A stretch of 64,000 nucleotides of DNA. It comes from a virus. Its lineage: Duplodnaviria; Caudoviricetes. Shown here piece after piece: positions 46,575-56,234 of the stretch (the first letter of the stretch is position 1; every line of letters starts with the position of its first letter). The notes below the pieces were generated by a model. The model worked only from the letters and a program-made list of their open reading frames with translations. It was not told the DNA's origin and searched no databases. Location of the stretch: the IMG/VR virus record IMGVR_UViG_3300021964_009400; one strand, given 5' to 3'. Position numbers and translations under genes: made by a program.

Positions 46575-48167
46575 ATGGCTAAAGCTTCTTTAAAGGATAT
46601 AATTAAACTTGAGTATCAGAAATGTGCTGGAGACCCAATCTACTTTATGAAAAAGTATTGTATGATTCAACATCCTGTGCGTGGTAAGATTCCTTTTCAC
46701 TTATATCAATTTCAAGAAAGAACTTTAGAAGAATTTACAGAACATCGTTATAACATTATCCTTAAATCTCGACAAACAGGTATCTCAACCTTAACTGCGG
46801 GATTTTCTCTTTGGAAAATGTTATTCAATCAAGATTTTAATGTATTAGTAATTGCAACTAAACAAGAAGTTGCTAAGAACCTTGTAACGAAGGTTCGTGT
46901 GATGAATCAATACTTACCATCGTGGTTAAAACAAACAACAGTAGAGGATAACAAGTTATCTCTGAGATACTCGAATGGTTCTCAGATAAAAGCAACATCA
47001 GCTGCTGGAGATGCTGGTCGTTCTGAAGCACTATCCTTATTAGTATTTGATGAGGCAGCATTCATTGATAAGATTGAAGATATATGGGTATCGGCACAAT
47101 CTACCTTATCTACTGGTGGTAACGCAATTATCCTTTCAACACCAAATGGTGTAGGAAACTTCTTTCACAAAACTTGGGTAGGTGCTGAAGAAGAAACAAA
47201 TACATTCAATACAATTAGATTACATTGGTCAGTACATCCAGAAAGAGACCAAAGTTGGAGAGATGAACAAGAGGTACTATTAGGACCAAAGGGAGCAGCA
47301 CAAGAATGTGATTGTGATTTTGTTTCTTCTGGTGATACTGTAATAGACCCACAACTCTTACAATTCTATAAAGAATCATTTGTACAAGAACCAATGGAGA
47401 AAACAGGTTTCGATGGAAACTTGTGGAAATGGGAATATCCAAACTATAATAAATCTTATATGGTAGTTGCCGATGTTGCTCGTGGAGATTCAACCGATTA
47501 TTCAGCATGTCATGTAATTGATATTGAAAATGCATCACAAGTAGCAGAATATAAAGGTAAATTAGATACAAAAGATTTTGGAAACTTTTTAGTTTCACTT
47601 TCAACTGATTATAATAATGCATTGTTAGTAGTTGAGAACGCAAACATTGGTTGGGCAGTAATACAACAAGTAATTGATAGAGGATATGGAAATCTTTTTT
47701 ATATGAGTAAGGATTTAAAGTATGTAGATGTAGAAAATCAATTAACAAACAAATACAGAGCACAAGATAGAGGATTAGTTGCAGGATTTAGTACAACATC
47801 TAAAACTCGACCTTTGATTATATCAAAGTTGGAACAATACATAAGAGAAAAATCTGTAACCATTCGTTCATCAAGAACCATAGATGAATTATTTACATTT
47901 ATATGGAGTGGGAATCGAGCAGAAGCAATGAGAGGATATAATGATGATTTAACAATGTCATTATCTATTGGATTGTGGGTTAGAGATACCGCATTGAGAT
48001 TAAGACAAGAAGGAATTGATTTAACAAAACAAGCATTGGGTGGTATTGGAGCACACCAATTAGATATTGCAGGTATGGGATTCGGTGGAAACACTCAGTT
48101 AGAAGAAAACCCATGGAAACAACGAGTAGGGGATAGAGATGAGGATTTAACTTGGTTAATTAAATAA
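46575..48167 (+). CDS. terL: Terminase large subunit (T4 gp17-like)
   Basis: KSRQTGIST Walker A; LLVFDEAAF Walker B; ILSTPNG; YMVVADVARG and NDDL nuclease motifs. Confidence 0.95.
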   Translation: MAKASLKDIIKLEYQKCAGDPIYFMKKYCMIQHPVRGKIPFHLYQFQERTLEEFTEHRYNIILKSRQTGISTLTAGFSLWKMLFNQDFNVLVIATKQEVAKNLVTKVRVMNQYLPSWLKQTTVEDNKLSLRYSNGSQIKATSAAGDAGRSEALSLLVFDEAAFIDKIEDIWVSAQSTLSTGGNAIILSTPNGVGNFFHKTWVGAEEETNTFNTIRLHWSVHPERDQSWRDEQEVLLGPKGAAQECDCDFVSSGDTVIDPQLLQFYKESFVQEPMEKTGFDGNLWKWEYPNYNKSYMVVADVARGDSTDYSACHVIDIENASQVAEYKGKLDTKDFGNFLVSLSTDYNNALLVVENANIGWAVIQQVIDRGYGNLFYMSKDLKYVDVENQLTNKYRAQDRGLVAGFSTTSKTRPLIISKLEQYIREKSVTIRSSRTIDELFTFIWSGNRAEAMRGYNDDLTMSLSIGLWVRDTALRLRQEGIDLTKQALGGIGAHQLDIAGMGFGGNTQLEENPWKQRVGDRDEDLTWLIK

Positions 48168-48171
48168 ATCT

Positions 48172-48180
48172 ATATTTATA
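48172..48180 (+). promoter_or_regulatory. Putative late promoter motif ATATTTATA
   Basis: 18 nt upstream of ATG 48199; followed by AAGGAG RBS. Confidence 0.6.
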
Positions 48181-48198
48181 GTATAAGGAGAAAATATT

Positions 48199-48579
48199 AT
48201 GATTTCAATGAAAAAATTACTTAATGAAAACGAATCTTATTGTAACGAATACTTTGTAGAAAACTATCATGATATAAAAGAATTTTGTGAATTCATGAAA
48301 TCGTATAAATCTGATATCAACGAGGCAGAATATCAAGGAAGAAAAGTAAAACTTGGTAAACCAATGCAGGGTGATGTTAAAAAGTTTAAAGTATATGTTA
48401 AAAATCCCCAAGGTAATGTAGTAAAAGTAAACTTTGGTCATAAAGGAAAAGGTGGAGAGAAAACAATGTCAATCAAAAAGAATAATCCTGAAAGGAGAAA
48501 ATCTTTTAGAGCAAGACATAACTGTGATAACCCAGGTCCAAGACACAAAGCAAGATACTGGTCTTGTAGAAAATGGTAA
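48199..48579 (+). CDS. Putative head-internal protein (acidic leader, basic C-terminal domain)
   Basis: N-terminus MISMKKLLNE; DINE junction; basic domain KFKVYVKNP..RRKSFRARHNC..RYWSC. Confidence 0.55.
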   Translation: MISMKKLLNENESYCNEYFVENYHDIKEFCEFMKSYKSDINEAEYQGRKVKLGKPMQGDVKKFKVYVKNPQGNVVKVNFGHKGKGGEKTMSIKKNNPERRKSFRARHNCDNPGPRHKARYWSCRKW

Positions 48580-48619
48580 AAACAAAACAATAAAGGTTAT
48601 AATTTAAATTAGAAATAAA

Positions 48620-50356
48620 ATGGCAGATACTTCATTTTTTGGTAGATTAACAAAACTATTCAGAGCCCAAGCGGTGGTTACCATCGATAAAAAGGGTAGA
48701 AGAAAAGTAGTTGATACTGATGAAAGACAACAAACGAATTTATCATCTTTAAGAGATAGATATACAAAGATTCAGAAATCTTTCTTTGAACAAGCAGGTG
48801 GTGCACAATCAATGGCATACCAACAAGTTCGTAGAGAAGTTTTTCGTGATTACGATGCAATGGATAACGACCCGATATTAGCATCAGCATTAGATATATA
48901 CGCAGATGAATCAACACTAAAAAACGAATTTGGTGATACTCTAGGAATCGTATCAGATAATGAAAAGATTCAAGAAATATTAAGAAACTTATTTTATGAT
49001 ATCCTTAATGTTGAATTCAACTTATGGCCATGGGTAAGAAATATGTGTAAGTATGGAGATTTCTTCTTAGGTTTAGAAATAGCTGAAGGTAAAGGTATTG
49101 TGAATATTACACCTCACTCTGTTTACAATACAGAAAGATTAGAAAGAACAGACCCAACAAATCCAAATTCAGTAAAGTTTAAAATTACTGAGGACCCGAA
49201 TGGTAAAGAAGAATACGAAAACTTTGAAATTGCTCACTTCAGATTGTTAGCAGATACAAACTGGTTACCTTATGGTAAATCTATGATTGAGAATGGTAGA
49301 AGATTGTGGAAACAATTATCTCTAATGGAAGATGCTATGTTAATCCATAGAATCATGAGAGCACCAGAAAAAAGAGTATTCAAAGTGGATATAGGAAATA
49401 TCCCTCCAACAGAGGTTGATAACTATATGCAGAGAATCATCAATAAAATGAAGAAAGTTCCTTTCGTTGATAGAAATACTGGTGATTACAACTTAAAGTA
49501 CAATATGCAAAATCTAACTGAAGATTTTTACTTACCAGTTAGAGGTGGTGATAGTGGTACAAACATTGAAAACCTTGCAGGTTTAGAATATGCAACTATC
49601 GAAGATATTGATTATTTAAAGAACAAATTATTTGCAGCTCTTAAAATTCCAAAAGCATATTTAGGATACGAAGAACAAGTAAATGGTAAAGCAACACTTG
49701 CAGCAGAAGATGTTAGATTTGCAAGAACAATCGAAAGAATTCAAAGAACAGTAATTTCAGAATTAACTAAAATTGCAATTGTACATTTATACTCACAAGG
49801 TATTACAGATTCAGAAATGACAAACTTTGAATTACAATTAGTAAATCCATCATTTATTTACGAACAAGAAAAAATAAACCTTTGGTCAGAAAAAGTTAGA
49901 TTGGCACAAGATGTGATTGGATTGAATATGTTATCTAAAGATTGGGTATATTCCAATATATTTAAAGTTTCTGATAATGAAAAGGATGATGAACAAACTA
50001 AAATTATTGAAGATATCAAAGATAGATATAGATATAGAATGATTGAAGATGAGGGTAATGACCCTGCATTAGAAGATGAAGAACCAGATGATATCGAAGA
50101 ATCTTTAGAAAAATTAAAAGCAGAAATTAAAGATAAAGGTGGTAGACCAAGAGAAGGAAATACATATGGTAAAGATAAGCATCCTTATGGTAGAGACCCA
50201 CTTGGTGATAAAGAAAGAAAATCTGCAAGAAAAAATACAACTTCCGAAGAAAAAGCAATACAATATGTAAGTGGAATTGCTGCAAAAAGAAAGTATTTAC
50301 ATGAAATGAAAGATATGTTAGATGAGGAAAATATCCTCAAAGATACAGAAAATTAA
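48620..50356 (+). CDS. Portal protein (T4 gp20-like)
   Basis: LMEDAMLIHRIMRAPEKRVFKVDIGNIP; EDFYLPVRGG; LFAALKIP. Confidence 0.95.
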   Translation: MADTSFFGRLTKLFRAQAVVTIDKKGRRKVVDTDERQQTNLSSLRDRYTKIQKSFFEQAGGAQSMAYQQVRREVFRDYDAMDNDPILASALDIYADESTLKNEFGDTLGIVSDNEKIQEILRNLFYDILNVEFNLWPWVRNMCKYGDFFLGLEIAEGKGIVNITPHSVYNTERLERTDPTNPNSVKFKITEDPNGKEEYENFEIAHFRLLADTNWLPYGKSMIENGRRLWKQLSLMEDAMLIHRIMRAPEKRVFKVDIGNIPPTEVDNYMQRIINKMKKVPFVDRNTGDYNLKYNMQNLTEDFYLPVRGGDSGTNIENLAGLEYATIEDIDYLKNKLFAALKIPKAYLGYEEQVNGKATLAAEDVRFARTIERIQRTVISELTKIAIVHLYSQGITDSEMTNFELQLVNPSFIYEQEKINLWSEKVRLAQDVIGLNMLSKDWVYSNIFKVSDNEKDDEQTKIIEDIKDRYRYRMIEDEGNDPALEDEEPDDIEESLEKLKAEIKDKGGRPREGNTYGKDKHPYGRDPLGDKERKSARKNTTSEEKAIQYVSGIAAKRKYLHEMKDMLDEENILKDTEN

Positions 50357-50374
50357 TTAAACTTATATAATTTT

Positions 50375-50383
50375 ATATTTATA
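50375..50383 (+). promoter_or_regulatory. Putative late promoter motif ATATTTATA
   Basis: 40 nt upstream of ATG 50424. Confidence 0.5.
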
Positions 50384-50423
50384 ATAGGGAAAATTTACTA
50401 TATCATAATAGGAAAAAATAACG

Positions 50424-51296
50424 ATGAGAAAAATAAAACATTCAAAATTTAAAAATACTGGTTTTCTTTTTGAACTCCTTACAAGGCAAGTTACCCTTGA
50501 AATAATCAATGGTAGTGAAGAAAAAGCTAAAGGAATTATTAAAGAATTCTATGGTAAAGGTACTGAAATGTCCAAAGAATTGAGATTATTCAACCTTTTA
50601 ATAAATGAAAAATATAATACAGAATCAAAAGCTGAAAAGTTTATTGATGCTATTTTAGAAGCCCATACAAAAATAGATTATAAAAAAATTCAACGAGAAA
50701 AATATAATCTTGTAAAAGCTATCAAGGAAAACTTCGAAATTAACAATTTCTTATCTTCCCCGGTAACAAACTACAAAATTTTAGCTTCAATCCATAAGTT
50801 GTTTGAAGGTAAAAAGAATGATATCCTTGATATTAAAGATGTATTTAATTCAAAACTAACTCTTGTAGAGCATATCTCATCAAATTCCCCATCTACATTA
50901 AAAGAAAAAGAAGATAAGTTAGTAGAAGAATACAGAAAACAAGAGAAAGATTTAAGATTATTGACATACAAAATTCTTGTTGAAACTTTTAACAAAAAAT
51001 ATACAACTCTAGATGAATCACAAAAAGGTTTATTAAGAGAATATATTAATAATGTTAATAACACTTCAAAGTTCAACGAGTATTTCGAATCAGAATTAAT
51101 CAAAACTATTACTGAATTACATACAATGTATAAAGGTATGAAGGATAAGATTACAAAAATCAAGTTGAAAGAAACTATTAATGTTTTAAAAAAGCAAAAA
51201 ATTGGTAAAAAGATTACCGATGAACAAGTTTCAGCTTTGATGATGTCTTATGAATTGATTAAGGAGATAAAAAATGTCAATGGAAAAAAATCTTAA
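50424..51296 (+). CDS. Hypothetical head-module protein (helical)
   Basis: 290-aa ORF directly after the portal; no recognised motif. Confidence 0.6.
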   Translation: MRKIKHSKFKNTGFLFELLTRQVTLEIINGSEEKAKGIIKEFYGKGTEMSKELRLFNLLINEKYNTESKAEKFIDAILEAHTKIDYKKIQREKYNLVKAIKENFEINNFLSSPVTNYKILASIHKLFEGKKNDILDIKDVFNSKLTLVEHISSNSPSTLKEKEDKLVEEYRKQEKDLRLLTYKILVETFNKKYTTLDESQKGLLREYINNVNNTSKFNEYFESELIKTITELHTMYKGMKDKITKIKLKETINVLKKQKIGKKITDEQVSALMMSYELIKEIKNVNGKKS

Positions 51297-52206
51297 AGAA
51301 ATCTTAGATGAAATTCTTGATGAAGTTCAAAAAGAATTAGATGAAGCCACTACAACAGGTAATGTAGATGGTTATCAAACTCCTTACGCATTCTCCAAAG
51401 GAAACAAACACAAAAAAAGAAAAAAGAAAATAGCAACACAACTTGGTTATTCAGTTGTGGGTGGTGATATTGATAATATCAATGAAGCAGCAATAACTTA
51501 TGGTATTGAATATAAATCATCTAAAAAAGATAGAAAATTCAAAAAAGCATCTTTAACAAAAACAACACACAATCCTAATATAGATAAAATGATGATAAAG
51601 GCTATTTCTAAAGATGCCAAATCATTAGCAAAACAAGATGGGTGGGTTGATTATAGAATAACCAAAGATGGTGTACCTGTAAAAGAATCAGTAAACGAGG
51701 GAAAATTCAAACCATCACAAGTTCGTTCAGCAATCTCAAGAGTTAAAAAACAACTAATGAGAAAGTGGAAACAAAAAGGTGGATATGAAAACTTTGGACA
51801 AAAAGAACTTTCTCAAATGAAAGATAAGTTTGATTACAATCCATATGGTTCATCAGATGAAAGACAGATTTCAAAGATGTTAGATGGGTTTGATAATTGG
51901 GCTATGAACTATGATGGTAATATGAGAGAAGATATTAACGAAGCTAAAGTAAAGAGACCAGTAAATCGTTGGTTAGAATTAAAAAACGATGAATCAATGC
52001 ATCCTCATAAGAAGATGGCAATGGGTCTAAAAGAATTAAAGTATCAATTAAGAGAAGTTGAGAAGTTTTTCAATTGGTATAATAAAATCAAAACGATTAA
52101 TGAGTTGGATTCTGATAAGTATTGGAAAAGAACAAATAAACATATTTATACTATAAAAGAGAGATTAATCAAAATAGCAAAAACAATACAGGAGATTGAA
52201 AAATGA
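51274..52206 (+). CDS. Putative modular head-internal protein
   Basis: AAGGAG 7 nt upstream; NLKEILDEILDE leader; segments delimited by LDE, INE, ESVNE and DINE. Confidence 0.6.
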   Translation: MSMEKNLKEILDEILDEVQKELDEATTTGNVDGYQTPYAFSKGNKHKKRKKKIATQLGYSVVGGDIDNINEAAITYGIEYKSSKKDRKFKKASLTKTTHNPNIDKMMIKAISKDAKSLAKQDGWVDYRITKDGVPVKESVNEGKFKPSQVRSAISRVKKQLMRKWKQKGGYENFGQKELSQMKDKFDYNPYGSSDERQISKMLDGFDNWAMNYDGNMREDINEAKVKRPVNRWLELKNDESMHPHKKMAMGLKELKYQLREVEKFFNWYNKIKTINELDSDKYWKRTNKHIYTIKERLIKIAKTIQEIEK

Positions 52207-52529
52207 AAATAACAAGAGAACAATTAAAAAATATAGTCAGAGAAACTTTATTAGAAGAATCTGAATACCAAAAGTTCTTTAAAAAGGCATTAGAAAAGGC
52301 TGGTAAATCATTACCTTCAATGTCCGATGAAGAAAAGAAAGCATTCTTTAACAAAATCCAAAAAACTTGGAAAGGTAGAGGAAAGAAAAATGAAAGATTT
52401 GGCAGAGGTGCAGTAGGACCTACTTTTGGTGGACAAGAAATAGATGAAAAATTAAATTCATCTGAAATTGGTAAAGGTGATAATAAGAAACCATCTAAAG
52501 ATGCTTCTGATTCATCTAATATAAAGTAA
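52203..52529 (+). CDS. Putative prohead core/internal protein
   Basis: MKITREQLKNIVRETLLEE leader; GGAG RBS. Confidence 0.55.
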   Translation: MKITREQLKNIVRETLLEESEYQKFFKKALEKAGKSLPSMSDEEKKAFFNKIQKTWKGRGKKNERFGRGAVGPTFGGQEIDEKLNSSEIGKGDNKKPSKDASDSSNIK

Positions 52530-52533
52530 AAAA

Positions 52534-52710
52534 ATGACCAAAAGAGAATTGTATGATATCATCAATGAAGAAATCGTTAATGTTAAAAAAGGAACTATTA
52601 ACGAAGAACTCACCGAATCTGATAAGGATATAATCCGAAAAATTATCAGACAAGAAGTATCGGCAATCTTTTTTGATTTATTTAAGAAAAGAAAAACTTG
52701 GGGAGCATAA
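52534..52710 (+). CDS. 58-aa putative prohead core protein (not in ORF track)
   Basis: MTKRELYDIINEEIVNVKKGTINEELTESDKDIIRKIIRQEVSAIFFDLFKKRKTWGA*; TAATG-coupled to the protease. Confidence 0.6.
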   Translation: MTKRELYDIINEEIVNVKKGTINEELTESDKDIIRKIIRQEVSAIFFDLFKKRKTWGA

Positions 52711-53303
52711 TGAACAATTTATTAATAGAAACAAGATTATTCGAAGGAAGGGTAAACGAAGATGATAGTGGAAGAACTATCGTTAAGGGTATTCTACAAA
52801 GAGCTGGTGCAGAAAATCAGAATGGTAGAATATATCCTAAACCTATCCTTATGAGAGAGGCAAAGAAATACGAAACACTTATTAAAGAAAGAAGAGCATT
52901 AGGTGAATTAGACCATCCTGATTCTTCTGTAATCAACTTAAAGAATGTATCTCACAATGTAAGAGAAATTCATTGGGATGGTGATGATTTAGTAGGAACA
53001 GTTGAGATTTTACCAACTCCAAGTGGTAACATCTTAAAAGAACTTCTACAAGCAGGTATTCTATTAGGTATATCATCAAGAGGTATGGGTTCAGTAGAAC
53101 CTTTATCAGGTGGTAAAGTTCAAGTAGGTGAAGATTTTGAATTGATTGGTTGGGATTTTGTTTCTAACCCATCTACTCATGGAGCATTTATGGTTCCTAT
53201 GAACGAATCTGTGAACAAACAACTTCAATCACAAACAGCAGTTTGTAATGAATGGTGTAAGGCACAAGATATGATGAGAGAAATTATAACAGAATTAAAT
53301 TAA
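52710..53303 (+). CDS. Prohead core protease (T4 gp21-like)
   Basis: AENQNGRIYP, ALGELDHP, LGISSRGMGS, WDFVSNPST; start ATG 52710, not TTG 52698. Confidence 0.95.
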   Translation: MNNLLIETRLFEGRVNEDDSGRTIVKGILQRAGAENQNGRIYPKPILMREAKKYETLIKERRALGELDHPDSSVINLKNVSHNVREIHWDGDDLVGTVEILPTPSGNILKELLQAGILLGISSRGMGSVEPLSGGKVQVGEDFELIGWDFVSNPSTHGAFMVPMNESVNKQLQSQTAVCNEWCKAQDMMREIITELN

Positions 53304-53307
53304 GGTT

Positions 53308-53493
53308 ATGGGATTTAATGTACAGGACTTTATGTCCAAAAATAAGTTTAAACTTGGAACAGTTGAAAGAGAAGTTGGTTCTAAAACTGCAAAGAGTTAT
53401 AACGATATAAGAAAAACTAATTATGAAGTTAAGTTAACCGAAGATGGTAAACTTGATTTATACACACATAAAAAGGAGAAAAAAGAATTATGA
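53308..53493 (+). CDS. Small hypothetical protein (61 aa)
   Basis: Tightly packed ORF after the protease. Confidence 0.55.
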   Translation: MGFNVQDFMSKNKFKLGTVEREVGSKTAKSYNDIRKTNYEVKLTEDGKLDLYTHKKEKKEL

Positions 53494-54974
53494 TTAAATT
53501 GGGTGGACTTATCGATTTAAAACCTTTACAAGAAGAAAAGGCTTTTACTGCTACAAGTAAAGAAACTGGTAATGTTTCTGTATTTAAAACAAAAGCAGCT
53601 AGAGATGCTGCAATCAAAGCAGGTACTCATGAAAAAAGAAAAACCGATAAAGATACCGCAGTTGATGTTCCTGGTGGAGAAGATAAACCTAAAGTAAACA
53701 TCTTTAAAAGAGATAGTGATAGAGATTCAAAGGAACGCCTAAAGAAAATGAAGGCACAACAAAAATCTGCTGAACCTAAAAAAGAAAGACCTGATGAAGC
53801 TCCAAAGAGACCAGTAGATATGGATGATGAGGAACATGGAGTAGAAGATTTCAGAGAATTTGGTAATTTGTATTCTGATGATATGACACCTGAACAAAAA
53901 GATGAATATGATAGTCTTACTAGTGATTTAGAAATGGCAGATGCTGATTTAATAGATGCACGAGATTTATCTGACCAAGATTTTGAAGAGGCGGCATCTG
54001 AATATAATGAAATCGAATCTAAACTTTACGATTTAATCGATAGTATTTACGAACCTAAATCAGAACCTAAAAATGATAAAGAAGAACCTAAAGCAGAACC
54101 ATCTAAACCTAAATTAGAATCAGACCCTCAGGCTGAAAAAGTTGCTGATAAGATTTCCAAAAAATATGGCATCACTCCTCAAAAAATGGGTGAAGAAGAT
54201 TATAAGGTTGCAATCGGTAGAGCTGTTTATTCGGCATTAACTAACTCTAACTTCCATACTGAAGCAAGAGAGTTAATTGCAGTATTAGAAGATAAACCAG
54301 AACTTGCAAAAAGACCGGAGTATCCTTCAATATCAGATGATGATTACGATACGAAAATGGATGCAATCAGAAAAAAATATGCTTCTACATATAGTGAAAG
54401 AGATGATTATTCATCGGCATTGGGTAGAGAAACTTCAGATGCAGCTGAATGGGATGGAGTTAAATCAGTAGGAACTCTAACTAAACAACTACGAGATAAT
54501 GGTATGAGTGATTTTGCTGATAAAATCGAATCTATCTTTGATAAAAAAGAATATATGAAGAAAGAAGGTAGAATTAGTATTTCAAATCTTGTTAAAGAAA
54601 ATATAATCAACGAAGGAACTCGTTCACAAGTTGGTATCATTGATAGAAGTGGTAAGATTGCATCAGCATATGTTCACTACGATGGTTATCCATCAAATAT
54701 GAAACCAGGTCTTAAAAAACATATGAAGAATGAAAAAGATGTTCTTCAACTTATTAAAAAAGGTGGTGCAAGAGGAATCTATGATGATAAAGATATTGAA
54801 TACTACCAGAAGGGTGGAAAACCAATTAAAGGTAATTCAAAAGATTTTGGTAAATATGTAGATACTGCCGATAGAAATGGTAGTGCTGAATATGTTTACC
54901 TTTACAATATGAAAGATAAGAAGTGGTATTATGCTGATGTATATGGTGATAAAAAATTAAAAAAATTATTTTAA
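53490..54974 (+). CDS. Putative modular head-internal protein
   Basis: Leader MIKLGGLIDLKPLQE; FTAT..RDAAIKAGTHE module; acidic middle; after IINE a GTRSQVG..YVHYDGYP..YVYLY domain. Confidence 0.6.
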   Translation: MIKLGGLIDLKPLQEEKAFTATSKETGNVSVFKTKAARDAAIKAGTHEKRKTDKDTAVDVPGGEDKPKVNIFKRDSDRDSKERLKKMKAQQKSAEPKKERPDEAPKRPVDMDDEEHGVEDFREFGNLYSDDMTPEQKDEYDSLTSDLEMADADLIDARDLSDQDFEEAASEYNEIESKLYDLIDSIYEPKSEPKNDKEEPKAEPSKPKLESDPQAEKVADKISKKYGITPQKMGEEDYKVAIGRAVYSALTNSNFHTEARELIAVLEDKPELAKRPEYPSISDDDYDTKMDAIRKKYASTYSERDDYSSALGRETSDAAEWDGVKSVGTLTKQLRDNGMSDFADKIESIFDKKEYMKKEGRISISNLVKENIINEGTRSQVGIIDRSGKIASAYVHYDGYPSNMKPGLKKHMKNEKDVLQLIKKGGARGIYDDKDIEYYQKGGKPIKGNSKDFGKYVDTADRNGSAEYVYLYNMKDKKWYYADVYGDKKLKKLF

Positions 54975-54975
54975 G

Positions 54976-55185
54976 ATGAAACTAAAAGATTTATTACCAG
55001 AAGGATTTGTAGTAATGTACAAAGTGAGAAAAGACCTTAAGAATGTAAACATAGGTCCAGCTCAAGCATGGTATAAAGATAAATCTGATGCAGAAAAATT
55101 TTTAAAATCGGTTGAGAAAGATGGTGGTAAAGGAATGATTGTAAAGGATAAAGCACCAAAATCAAAAATCGATAGAGGAATATAA
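54976..55185 (+). CDS. Putative head-internal protein (69 aa)
   Basis: Leader MKLKDLLPE. Confidence 0.6.
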   Translation: MKLKDLLPEGFVVMYKVRKDLKNVNIGPAQAWYKDKSDAEKFLKSVEKDGGKGMIVKDKAPKSKIDRGI

Positions 55186-55476
55186 AAGGAGAGAACAATG
55201 AAACTAAAAGATATACTTAACGAAAGCAAAAATAATATTAGTGAGGCAAAAAAAGTTGACCCAAGAATAGCTGGTGATATTTTTGCAAGATATCTTATAG
55301 GAGATAGAACTGATGCAATAAGACAATTAGATAAATTAAAAAAAATTGCAAGTTTTGGAGTAATGGAGACGCCAGGAACAAAAGAATATAACCAACAATT
55401 CGCAGAACTCTCAGATAAAATTACAAAAGTAATTAGAGGAGTAATGTAATATTAAAGGAGAGAACAATGAAACTAA
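55185..55476 (+). repeat. 23-nt direct repeat covering RBS and first codons of adjacent genes
   Basis: AAAGGAGAGAACAATGAAACTAA at 55185-55207 and 55454-55476. Confidence 0.85.
55198..55449 (+). CDS. Putative head-internal protein (83 aa)
   Basis: Leader MKLKDILNE..NISE; AAGGAG RBS. Confidence 0.6.
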   Translation: MKLKDILNESKNNISEAKKVDPRIAGDIFARYLIGDRTDAIRQLDKLKKIASFGVMETPGTKEYNQQFAELSDKITKVIRGVM

Positions 55477-56225
55477 CCCAACTATTAAAAGAAAATGAAG
55501 AAAGACCTCTATCTAATGAGGTTAAAAGACATTTTCTTGAAATTGTTTCAACTTACAACAAGTATCAAGAATCAATGGATAGAAAATCAGATATTACTCA
55601 AGTAGCAGAAACCCTTGGTGGTATTACTGAAGCTGCTAGAACACTTGCAATCAAAGAAGCTGGTGATTGGTTCGATAAACATACTGTAAAGAGAAACATG
55701 AGTGAATTGGATAAGTTGGGTAAACAATTCGATAAAGTTGCTCTTGAGGCTCGTGCACTTGACCAAAGAATGGCAGGATTATACGAGGATATGGGACACA
55801 TCCTATCAAGATACTACAAGTTCGGTGAGATTACTGAAGATGAAATGAAAAACAGATTAGGTATCAACGAATCTAAAAAAGATTGTGGATGTGGATGTGG
55901 TGGAACAACAGTAGGTGGATGCAACGAATCAGTAAACAAAGAAACAATTACAGAACAATCTGTTGTAGTTCACAATAGAACACAAAATGGAAACATAGTT
56001 ACAGTATTAAAAGAATCTGATTTAAACGAAGAAGAAATGAAACTTTATGAGTTTGGTAAAAAAGTAACTCGGTTAATGGAAAAAAGTTGCCCAAATGACC
56101 CTGGTAAATGGGCAGCATCTAAAGCAGCAGCAAAAAAGAAGTTTGATGTATATCCTTCTGCATACGCTAATGGATGGGCTGCAAAAAACTACAAGGGTAA
56201 AGGTGGAACTTGGAAAAACTGTTAA
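55467..56225 (+). CDS. Putative modular head-internal protein
   Basis: Leader MKLTQLLKE; INE then CGCGCGG; ESVN; LME then basic module YPSAYANGW..YKGKGGTW. Confidence 0.6.
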   Translation: MKLTQLLKENEERPLSNEVKRHFLEIVSTYNKYQESMDRKSDITQVAETLGGITEAARTLAIKEAGDWFDKHTVKRNMSELDKLGKQFDKVALEARALDQRMAGLYEDMGHILSRYYKFGEITEDEMKNRLGINESKKDCGCGCGGTTVGGCNESVNKETITEQSVVVHNRTQNGNIVTVLKESDLNEEEMKLYEFGKKVTRLMEKSCPNDPGKWAASKAAAKKKFDVYPSAYANGWAAKNYKGKGGTWKNC

Positions 56226-56234
56226 GGAGAAATT

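Noticed and set aside
52142-52150. Additional ATATTTATA inside the 51274 coding region
   Set aside because: It is 52 nt from the next ATG and within codons (HIY); it may be real but cannot be distinguished from chance in AT-rich DNA.
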